A stretch of 32,000 nt of DNA, from contig NZ_CP045650.1 in the NCBI RefSeq assembly GCF_009557235.1, positions 2,735,766-2,767,765 of the forward strand. The letters run 5' to 3'. Source of the stretch: Acinetobacter wanghuae (GTDB taxonomy: Bacteria > Pseudomonadota > Gammaproteobacteria > Pseudomonadales > Moraxellaceae). Positions within the stretch are counted from its first letter, which is position 1. Each line of letters opens with the position of its first letter. Both the position numbers and the translations under genes were made by a program. Below, piece by piece: positions 13,692 through 21,345 of the stretch. The notes below the pieces were generated by a model that saw only the letters and a program-made list of their open reading frames with translations, had not been told where the DNA came from and did not search any database.

Positions 13692-14000
13692 AAAATAAAG
13701 CGCGATCCAATTATTTTAAATTTAAAACTTTGAATTCATAGTAGTGATTTGAATTTAAATTCATAACTTGCATGTCTCAGACTTTAAATTCAAAACGTAT
13801 TTTTTAAATTTATTATTTTGAATTCAAAACCGTCACATTCTTTTAAATTCAAAGTATTTCTCTTGGAACAAAAAAGGTCTGACTGGGCATTTTTTATTTA
13901 TTATTGATTGTATATTTTTTAGACTATTGAAATATATCGTGATCCGATAAATGGATGTCATATTTTCAAGAGGCGCAATCATGCCTGAATCAAAGCAAAT

Positions 14001-14033
14001 AAAAAAGCGACCACTGGAGTGATCGCTTTTTTT
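14001..14033 (-). terminator. Rho-independent terminator of purEK
   Basis: The minus strand reads GCGATCAC-TCCA-GTGGTCGC (one mismatch) followed by a T run, about 20 nt after the purK stop. Confidence 0.7.
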
Positions 14034-14049
14034 ATCAGCAAGTTAACGC

Positions 14050-15171
14050 TTAGATGCTCATATCTTCGCTCAATGCCAATGGATTCGGTAAAATTTTCGC
14101 CAATTGACGACATAAAGTGGTGAGTTCTGCACTGTCATTCGGCATTAAAGTGATATGACCAATTTTACGACCTTCACGCTCTGACTTATTATAAAGATGC
14201 AGATGTGCGCCTTCTAAAGCCAATACATCTTCAGTCTTTGGATGCTGACCAATAATATTCACCAGAACCGTTGGACGAATGATGTCAGTCGAACCTAGGG
14301 GTAAACCTGCAACGGCACGAATATGATTTTCAAACTGCGAGCATACTGCGCCTTCAATCGACCAATGTCCTGAGTTATGTACGCGTGGCGCCATCTCATT
14401 GGCATATAAGCCTTTGTCTGTCACAAACAGCTCAAGCGTTAACACACCGACATAGTTCAAATGATTGAGCAGGCGAGTGATGTAATCTTGCGCCACAGGC
14501 TGTAAATCTGCACTGTTCGGTGCAGGTACAATCGAGTGCGACAAGATGCCATTATGATGATGGTTTTCAGCCAATGGCCAAGTTTTCACATCACCATTTT
14601 GACCACGCACCGCAATAATCGACACTTCACGCGAGAAAGTCACAAAACTTTCTGCAATCAGTTCACCGGCAGGACCAAGTTCCGCCCATGCTTGCCCAAT
14701 TTGATCGGCTGTACGCAGTACAAACTGACCTTTACCATCGTAACCACCACGTGAGGTTTTTAACACGATCGGTAGACCGAGTTCAGCGACGACGCTTTGT
14801 AAGCTTTCAATTGAAGTCACGGCTTTATACGGCGCAACTGGAATATCAAGTTCATCAAATAAGGCTTTTTCAGACAAGCGATGTTGGGCAATCGCGAGTG
14901 CCTGACGTGGTGGATGCAGGTCTTTGTTTTTGGTTAATACATCAACATCAGCAAGTGGGGTATTTTCAAACTCAAGTGAAAATACTTCTGCGCTATTGAT
15001 AAAATCTTGCAGACCATTTTCAGCTTTGGTCGAAATGACTTGACCTAAGGCAGCTGAAGGGCAGTCAGTACTTGCTTCAAAAAAGGTACATTGAATGTTT
15101 AAAGGCAATGCAGCTTGCGCCATCATACGACCAAGCTGACCACCACCAAAAATACCAATGGTTTTATCCAT
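14050..15171 (-). CDS. purK: N5-carboxyaminoimidazole ribonucleotide synthase
   Basis: The ORF is 373 aa. It has the ATP-grasp N-terminus IGIFGGGQLGRMM, a PurK-like length and sits immediately downstream of purE. Confidence 0.92.
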   Translation of the reverse strand: MDKTIGIFGGGQLGRMMAQAALPLNIQCTFFEASTDCPSAALGQVISTKAENGLQDFINSAEVFSLEFENTPLADVDVLTKNKDLHPPRQALAIAQHRLSEKALFDELDIPVAPYKAVTSIESLQSVVAELGLPIVLKTSRGGYDGKGQFVLRTADQIGQAWAELGPAGELIAESFVTFSREVSIIAVRGQNGDVKTWPLAENHHHNGILSHSIVPAPNSADLQPVAQDYITRLLNHLNYVGVLTLELFVTDKGLYANEMAPRVHNSGHWSIEGAVCSQFENHIRAVAGLPLGSTDIIRPTVLVNIIGQHPKTEDVLALEGAHLHLYNKSEREGRKIGHITLMPNDSAELTTLCRQLAKILPNPLALSEDMSI

Positions 15172-15199
15172 GAGAATCTTTCCTTATTTAAGCGTTGAC

Positions 15200-15712
15200 T
15201 TAGGCTTGACCCGGAATGTTTTTGCTTGCCACTTTCTCAGTTTGTGCTGCACGGAAATCTGCGACATTTTTGGCGATGCTAGGGCGTGTCAAACCTAAAA
15301 TTTGTGCTGCCATAATTGCAGCATTAGTCGCACCTGCAGGACCGATTGCGAGTGTACCGACTGCAATACCAGCAGGCATTTGTACGATTGAAAGCAATGA
15401 ATCAACACCGTTTAAAATCGATGATTTCACAGGCACACCCAAAACAGGAAGATCAGTCTTCGCGGCACACATGCCCGGTAAATGCGCAGCACCACCAGCA
15501 CCGGCAATAATCACTTGAATCCCACGCTCACGTGCTGTTTCGGCATATTCAAATAAACGATCTGGAGTACGATGTGCAGAAACCACTTCCGCTTCAAATG
15601 GGACACCAAGTTGCTTAAGCATATTGGCAGTGTGTTCGAGCGTTGCCCAGTCTGACTGAGAACCCATGATAATTCCAACGAGAGGAGTGTCTTGTGAAGC
15701 GGCCGCATTCAT
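15200..15712 (-). CDS. purE: N5-carboxyaminoimidazole ribonucleotide mutase
   Basis: The ORF is 170 aa with the PurE motifs [17 protein letters not shown] and [10 protein letters not shown]. Confidence 0.95.
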   Translation of the reverse strand: MNAAASQDTPLVGIIMGSQSDWATLEHTANMLKQLGVPFEAEVVSAHRTPDRLFEYAETARERGIQVIIAGAGGAAHLPGMCAAKTDLPVLGVPVKSSILNGVDSLLSIVQMPAGIAVGTLAIGPAGATNAAIMAAQILGLTRPSIAKNVADFRAAQTEKVASKNIPGQA

Positions 15713-15906
15713 TGCAATGTTTCCAGAGATTAGTTAAGAGAGATAAATCCCGACTAGCGCCAAGCTTTAATAAGAGCCGATATTATAGACTGAAAATTCA
15801 ACTTCTTAAAATTTAACGGTCAAAGCAAGGCTCGATTTTTATTGTTTTTTTCTACGTTTTTTAAAATATTGCTGAAAAATAGCCGACTAATGTCTGAACA
15901 CTGCTA

Positions 15907-16257
15907 TTACTGACTTCGGAAGACAAAATACACACATCCACATAGGCACAGTGCCGCCCATACATAGTCTAATTTAAACGGTTGTTTAAACAGGAAAATC
16001 ATAAATGGAACGAAGACGAGCAGCGTCACCACTTCTTGGGTGATCTTCATTTCTCCGACTGCCCACCCATTTTGAGCCAGTAAACGTGTCGCAGGAATCA
16101 TCAGACTATATTCAAATAGTGCAATAAACCAACTGAATAAAACTGCCTGCCAAATCGGGGCATCATGCGGTAAAAACTTTAAATGTCCGTACCAAGCCAA
16201 CGTCATAAAACAATTGGCACAGATTAATAATAAAAGCGGCCACGCCATGAAAATCAT
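15907..16257 (-). CDS. DMT-superfamily small membrane protein (DUF486)
   Basis: The ORF is 116 aa with 4 TM helices. The FMTLAWYGHLKF motif is typical of DUF486 as I recall it. The start could be M4 (16248). Confidence 0.75.
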   Translation of the reverse strand: MIFMAWPLLLLICANCFMTLAWYGHLKFLPHDAPIWQAVLFSWFIALFEYSLMIPATRLLAQNGWAVGEMKITQEVVTLLVFVPFMIFLFKQPFKLDYVWAALCLCGCVYFVFRSQ

Positions 16258-16478
16258 CTATCTTTTAAAATGAAAATCTATTTTACGTTGCTTTTAACTT
16301 AAACAGTGAATACCCCATCAATTTTTTAAACAGATCAATGCCAAACAATACTGAGAATTTTCCATCACGCTGATGCTATCTTTTCGCTTTAAGCCTTGCT
16401 ATCGTTGCCTGTAAATCGAATAAATCATGACAACAGCACAAAAACAAAGTGATGTGTCAGCAAAATGGAGTGAAGTCG

Positions 16479-17843
16479 ATGCATCTGCATATCTTGGGCA
16501 TTTGTGGCACCTTTATGGGCTCGTTGGCATTATTGGCACGCGACCTCGGACATAAGGTGACAGGTTCTGATCAGAACGTTTATCCACCGATGTCGACCCA
16601 ATTGGAAAGTGCAGGTATCACACTAATGCAAGGCTATGACCGTAGTCATTTACAGCCGCATCCCGATTTAGTGATTGTCGGTAATGCCATGAAACGTGGG
16701 ATTGATGCGGTAGAATACATGCTGAACGAAGGTCTGCCGTATATTTCAGGACCACAGTTCCTTGCTGACCATGTATTGCAAGGCAAACACGTGTTAGGCG
16801 TTGCCGGTACACACGGTAAAACCACAACGACTACGATGCTGGCTTGGGTATTGGATCAAGCAGGGCTTGAACCGGGCTTCTTGATTGGTGGTGTACCGCT
16901 TGGTTTTAGTGAAAGTGCACGTCTAGGTGGTGGGAAATTTTTCTGCGTTGAAGCTGATGAATATGATTCTGCGTTCTTCGACAAACGCTCGAAGTTTGTG
17001 CATTACCACCCCAAAACCGCGATTTTAAATAACCTTGAATTTGACCATGCCGATATTTTTGATGACTTGGCTGCGATTCAAAAACAGTTCCATCATTTGG
17101 TGCGTACGATTCCATCCGAAGGTCGCATTATTGCCCCAATTACTGAAACCAATATTGATGAAGTCTTAGAACAGGGTTGTTGGACACCTGTGGTTCGTAC
17201 ATCTTTAGATGCCAATGAAAAATCTGAACTGTATGCCGAGCAGCTCTCTGAAGATGGTTCACATTTTAAAGTGCTGCAACATGGCGTGGTTAAAGGTGAA
17301 GTTCGTTGGAATATGACAGGGCAGCACAGTGTTGCCAATGCCTTAGCGACGATTGCAGCCGCAGAACATGTAGGGGTTTCCATTGAAACAGCATGCCAAG
17401 CCTTGTCAAACTTTGGTGGTGTGAAACGCCGTATGGAATTGCTTGATACTGTACGTGGCATCGAAGTTTACGATGACTTTGCTCACCACCCAACTGCGAT
17501 TGATACCACGCTTGAAGGCGCACGTAAGCGTTTAGGTGAGCGCAAACTGTGGGCGATTATTGAGCCACGCTCAAACACCATGCGTATGGGCAGCCACAAA
17601 GATGGCTTAGCACATTCAGCACGTTTAGCCGATGAAGTGATTTGGTATCAACCTGAAGGTCTAGATTGGGACTTACAACCCGTGATTGATGCATCTCCAA
17701 ATAAAGCCGTCGTTGCGCGTACCTTGGATGAGATCATTCAAACAGTTGTTGATGAAGCAGGCGAGGGCGATGCTGTCGTGATTATGTCGAATGGCGGTTT
17801 TGGTGGTTTACATCAAAAGCTGATTACAGCGTTAAAAGCCTAA
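16479..17843 (+). CDS. mpl: UDP-N-acetylmuramate:L-alanyl-gamma-D-glutamyl-meso-diaminopimelate ligase (murein peptide ligase)
   Basis: It is a Mur-ligase with the motifs GVAGTHGKTTTT and HILGICGTFMGSLALLA, and a typical Mpl N-terminus and length. The ORF track starts at a GTG (16449); I use the ATG at 16479, which has GGAG 8 nt upstream. Confidence 0.9.
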   Translation: MHLHILGICGTFMGSLALLARDLGHKVTGSDQNVYPPMSTQLESAGITLMQGYDRSHLQPHPDLVIVGNAMKRGIDAVEYMLNEGLPYISGPQFLADHVLQGKHVLGVAGTHGKTTTTTMLAWVLDQAGLEPGFLIGGVPLGFSESARLGGGKFFCVEADEYDSAFFDKRSKFVHYHPKTAILNNLEFDHADIFDDLAAIQKQFHHLVRTIPSEGRIIAPITETNIDEVLEQGCWTPVVRTSLDANEKSELYAEQLSEDGSHFKVLQHGVVKGEVRWNMTGQHSVANALATIAAAEHVGVSIETACQALSNFGGVKRRMELLDTVRGIEVYDDFAHHPTAIDTTLEGARKRLGERKLWAIIEPRSNTMRMGSHKDGLAHSARLADEVIWYQPEGLDWDLQPVIDASPNKAVVARTLDEIIQTVVDEAGEGDAVVIMSNGGFGGLHQKLITALKA

Positions 17844-17856
17844 TTTATATATAAGA

Positions 17857-17886
17857 AAAGAGCCCGCGAAGCGGGCTTTTTTTATT
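17857..17886 (+). terminator. Rho-independent terminator of mpl
   Basis: AGCCCGC-GAA-GCGGGCT followed by TTTTTTT, about 15 nt after the stop. Confidence 0.85.
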
Positions 17887-18138
17887 TTTGAAATATCATA
17901 TTTAAAAAAGAAAGCGATGTATTTTAAGTTTTTTTGCCAATGTCATTGGGTAAGGACTATGTTGTTATAGATGAAAGATCAAAACGTATGCAACTTTTGT
18001 TGAATAGTAAAAAATACAAATAAGATATTAAATTCAGCTGTCTAAAAATAAGGGCAAACCTCAGCGAATCTTGCTAAAAGCGATGAGTGTTTTGTCACAA
18101 TAAAGCTTTATAAAAGTAATAAATCAAGGGGTGAACAT

Positions 18139-18495
18139 TTGCTCAAAGATCTGATCATAACGTTGGTGGTTCTATGCAGCTTTTTCCTACTACTCATTAG
18201 CTTGAATTTGTCCGCCCTGTGTATCGGCATCAATTTGTTACTTAGCTCATTATTTGTGAGTTGGTCACTTTCAACATTTGTGCAACATCGCGCATTTTAT
18301 CAAACAAGTAGCTTACTGATTTTAGCCGTTATTACTTTCTTAAAACCTTATGAAGATATGATTTGGACCTTGCTTGGACTGATCATAGGGCGTTGTATAT
18401 ATAAATTTTTCCAAGCCAATATCTTGCAACAGATCAAATGCAATTTTTTCAAAATTTATAGTAAATATACTCAAAGAAAACGCTTAAAGAATTGA
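18139..18495 (+). CDS. Hypothetical small membrane protein (orphan)
   Basis: The 118-codon frame is open in AT-rich DNA where stops are frequent. It has 3-4 hydrophobic helices, a TTG start with GGGGTG about 5 nt upstream and a basic C-terminus. I recognise no family. It overlaps the 3' end of the convergent 18484..18774 gene by 12 nt. Confidence 0.45.
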   Translation: MLKDLIITLVVLCSFFLLLISLNLSALCIGINLLLSSLFVSWSLSTFVQHRAFYQTSSLLILAVITFLKPYEDMIWTLLGLIIGRCIYKFFQANILQQIKCNFFKIYSKYTQRKRLKN

Positions 18496-18774
18496 TGCAT
18501 CTACATCTGCTAAGCTCGGATCACGTCTAAATATCACATCGACATATGAACACTGTGGAATAATTTTAAGATGTTTTTCTCGAGCAAAGCTAACCAAGGC
18601 ATCAAGTAACTGCCGCGCCAAACCTTTCCCACGCAACAGCGGATCAACCCAAGTATGATCAGCAATCATGGTCTGTGCATCACGTTGTTGATAGGTGATT
18701 TCAGCAATACGCGCCTGATCGCGCTCAATATAAAACACACCACCATGTTTGGTATTTTGATGTTCAATCTGCAT
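18484..18774 (-). CDS. YjdJ-type small GNAT-like N-acetyltransferase
   Basis: The ORF is 96 aa with AAGGA 9 nt upstream of the ATG. It resembles E. coli YjdJ as I recall it (..HTWVDPLLRGKGLARQLLDALVSFAREKHLKIIPQCSYV..). Confidence 0.8.
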   Translation of the reverse strand: MQIEHQNTKHGGVFYIERDQARIAEITYQQRDAQTMIADHTWVDPLLRGKGLARQLLDALVSFAREKHLKIIPQCSYVDVIFRRDPSLADVDASIL

Positions 18775-19020
18775 ATATCTTATTCCTTATTCATTGAAGC
18801 AAAAAGTTAAAACCTCATCGCTACTGTTTACACTTTTATATTCAAAATACCCATTCTTAGGGATAGGCTGCCATATCGCTTTATTCGTATATTAAGATCG
18901 AGTTCTGAATAAAAGAAAGCGCATGGATATTTATATTGCACTGATAAGCTTGTTAATTTTATTGGCTATCCTTTGGGGAATTACCTTATTTAAAAACCGT
19001 AAGCGTCAAGCATTTAAAGA

Positions 19021-19332
19021 TTAATGCAACACATCTCGAATCTCAGGATCTTTATCAAAGACAGATTTTGCAAAAGGGCAGAGTGGAATAATTTTGACAC
19101 CTTTTTCACGTGCAAATTTGACTGCTTCATCTAGTAAATAACGTCCCACGTGTTGACCACGTAAACTATCATCCACCCAGGTATGATCAATAATAAACTT
19201 ATCATCTCCTGCCCATGAATAACTCATTTCAGCCAAACGCTGCTCATTCGGTTCTACATACCATTCGCCTTTGCTACCATTTTCCTGATGTGAAATCTGC
19301 ATAGTTGTATCTGCTGTCATGTTGTCAGTCAT
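19021..19332 (-). CDS. YjdJ-type small GNAT-like N-acetyltransferase (paralog of 18484..18774)
   Basis: The ORF is 103 aa and contains HTWVDDSLRGQHVGRYLLDEAVKFAREKGVKIIPLCPFAKSVFDKDPEIRDV, which is close to E. coli YjdJ. The start is uncertain: M1 at 19332, or M11 at 19302, which aligns with the paralog's MQI start. Confidence 0.8.
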   Translation of the reverse strand: MTDNMTADTTMQISHQENGSKGEWYVEPNEQRLAEMSYSWAGDDKFIIDHTWVDDSLRGQHVGRYLLDEAVKFAREKGVKIIPLCPFAKSVFDKDPEIRDVLH

Positions 19333-19468
19333 CTCTGAAGATTTGCATATTTTGATTTTTTACACTGTTGGTTTTGTATAAACAAATAAACCATCTTCCG
19401 AGCTTAAAGATGTGAATCTAGCAGAATGGCGTATAAAATACCGCCACGTTTTTCTGTATTGATTTGTT

Positions 19469-20662
19469 ATGCCCCAATCTAACACCAAGCCCAACACAAC
19501 CCGTCAATGGATTTGTGTCATTGCCTTGGCCTGTGCTGCTTTTATTTTTAATACCACTGAATTTATTCCTGTTGCCTTACTGAGTGATATTGGTCGTAGT
19601 TTTACCATGTCACCCACCCAAGTCGGACTCATGCTGACGATTTATGCGTGGGTGGTCGCGCTATTATCGTTACCAATGATGCTGCTCACCAAGAACATTG
19701 AACGGCGTTTTTTACTGACGGTTTTATTTGGCGTGTTTATTGTGAGCCATGTGCTGTCTTATTTCGCTTGGAGCTTTAGTGTCTTGGTTGTCAGTCGTAT
19801 CGGCATTGCGATCGCGCATGCTTTATTTTGGTCCATTACCGCATCTTTAGCGATTCGTGTTGCACCTAAAGGCAAAGAGTTCCAAGCACTCGGATTGCTC
19901 TCTACGGGTACCGCTATGGCAATGGTCTTGGGTATCCCATTTGGTCGTATGATTGGTGAGGCATATGGTTGGCGTAATAGCTTCGCCCTCATTGCTGTAG
20001 TTGCTACAGTGGTCTGCTTAATTTTGGCCAAAACATTACCTTTACTGCCAAGCGTAAATTCTGGTTCGATCAGCAGCTTAAAAAGCTTAATTAAACGTCC
20101 GAGCCTAATGCTCATTTTTGCATTAACAGTGATTGTGATCAGTGCGCAATTTACCGCTTATAGTTATATTGAACCCTTTACCTTAACTGTCGCTGAATTT
20201 AGTTCTTCACAAACCACGACACTATTACTGATTTATGGTGGCGCAGGTTTTATCGGCTCGTATTTATTCGGTAAATTTGCTCCGCAATTCCCACGTTTAA
20301 CCATTCCATTATTTACTTGCGGACTAGCCATTTCAATGGCGCTGTTATTGCCACTTTCTCATCATGTGCTTGGTTTAAATGGCTTAAGTATTCTATGGGG
20401 TGTAAGCATTATTGGCTTTAGTTTAGCCTTACAAGCCAAATGTTTAAATTTAGCTGCCGATGCAACCGATGTAGCAATGGCAATTTTCTCAGGCTTATAC
20501 AATGTCGGCATTGGCGGAGGTGCGCTTTTAGGAGGTGTCGTTGCAGCAAATATCGGTCTAAATGGGATTGGTTGGGTCGGCGCAAGCATCGCATGCGTTG
20601 GATTTATCTTGACTTTATATTTAGTCAATCGTCATGACTTTTTATCACAAGCGATAAGGTAA
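19469..20662 (+). CDS. sotB: MFS sugar efflux transporter, SotB/YdeA-like
   Basis: The ORF is 397 aa. It looks collinear over its length with E. coli SotB as I recall it ([23 protein letters not shown]...[18 protein letters not shown]...[14 protein letters not shown]...[10 protein letters not shown]-like [12 protein letters not shown]). Confidence 0.85.
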   Translation: MPQSNTKPNTTRQWICVIALACAAFIFNTTEFIPVALLSDIGRSFTMSPTQVGLMLTIYAWVVALLSLPMMLLTKNIERRFLLTVLFGVFIVSHVLSYFAWSFSVLVVSRIGIAIAHALFWSITASLAIRVAPKGKEFQALGLLSTGTAMAMVLGIPFGRMIGEAYGWRNSFALIAVVATVVCLILAKTLPLLPSVNSGSISSLKSLIKRPSLMLIFALTVIVISAQFTAYSYIEPFTLTVAEFSSSQTTTLLLIYGGAGFIGSYLFGKFAPQFPRLTIPLFTCGLAISMALLLPLSHHVLGLNGLSILWGVSIIGFSLALQAKCLNLAADATDVAMAIFSGLYNVGIGGGALLGGVVAANIGLNGIGWVGASIACVGFILTLYLVNRHDFLSQAIR

Positions 20663-20755
20663 GTGAGTATGTATCAGACCATACTCAAAGAATTAGACCT
20701 ACTCATAAAAACTTTAAAAATATAAGGGCATTAAAACTTCACGTTAGTCTTTGAT

Positions 20756-20795
20756 AGATATTAAGTTTGACTTTGGCCTTTCAAACTTAATATCT
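20756..20795. repeat. Perfect 15-bp inverted repeat with 10-nt loop
   Basis: AGATATTAAGTTTGA (20756-20770), loop ctttggcctt, TCAAACTTAATATCT (20781-20795). It lies about 95 nt downstream of sotB and has no T tract. Confidence 0.85.
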
Positions 20796-21124
20796 CTTGG
20801 CCTAGCTGAACAGTTCATATTATAGAGCAATAAATAGCCATATTTTATGTGAAATTGATTACTTTAAAACCAAAAACATTAGTTACAAAAATAATACTAT
20901 AAGATACAATTAATAACATAATAGTATTTTGAGTTTTTTGAATGGACTTTACAATTATTTTAATATGCATTTTACTCATTATTAGTGTCCTTCTCATTGT
21001 TTCTCTAATGAAGGATAGATTTAATGACCCGTTTAGAAAAAGCAATCGGTGATTGAATTTTCTTCAATTCTATGCGACTCTTAGCATCGAATTTTGGATT
21101 TAATCCAAATCAAATGAATTTGAA

Positions 21125-21264
21125 CAAGGGGAGTAGCCTCCTCCAAACGTTTAAGAACATTGTTCTAAACGTGTCAGAATATCGTCATTACACTTCTTTT
21201 GAAGTCGGTATCTGAGCATTTGCAGTGTTATCACATATAACTGACAAATGTAGGCAAGACCTTG
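21125..21264 (+). promoter_or_regulatory. yybP-ykoY (Mn2+) riboswitch aptamer
   Basis: The conserved 5' element is CAAGG-GGGAGUAG... (21125-21136). The conserved 3' elements are CUGACAAAUGU and AGGCAAGACC-CUUG (21241-21264). P1 would be CAAGG/CCTTG, with internal stem-loops between. It sits directly upstream of a TerC/Alx-family gene, the classic genomic context for this riboswitch class. Confidence 0.75.
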
Positions 21265-21315
21265 ATCATGTTGTTATAGATGTTTTTTCATCTAGCAACT
21301 GGTCGAGGTTTTTTT
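21260..21315 (+). terminator. Riboswitch expression-platform terminator
   Basis: CCUUGAUCA (21260-21268) can pair with UGGUCGAGG (21300-21308; 9 bp including 2 G-U). It is followed by UUUUUUU (21309-21315). The 5' arm shares CCUUG with the aptamer P1 3' strand. Confidence 0.55.
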
Positions 21316-21345
21316 ATGGCCAATTGTTAGATGTGGAGGATTCAC

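Larger units (their letters stand above)
13478..13853. repeat. Array of 14 copies of the 12-bp AT palindrome TTTRAATTYAAA (two clusters, 13478-13620 and 13715-13853)
   Basis: Copies start at 13478, 13501, 13520, 13550, 13575, 13609, 13715, 13729, 13748, 13754, 13783, 13803, 13817 and 13842. All were read directly from the sequence. The region is non-coding with very low GC. Details are in the findings. Confidence 0.9.

Noticed and set aside
13478-13853. Whether the repeat array could be a CRISPR array, a MITE or plasmid-type iterons.
   Set aside because: The repeats are only 12 bp, are palindromic, overlap in places and are separated by 2-22 bp rather than the ~30-bp unique spacers of a CRISPR array. 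There are no cas genes, no terminal inverted repeats or target-site duplication, and no rep gene.
13981-14022. 13-codon ORF MPESKQIKKRPLE with a good AAGAGG 7 nt upstream.
   Set aside because: It is very short and its 3' half is the purEK terminator hairpin. This is most likely a coincidence.
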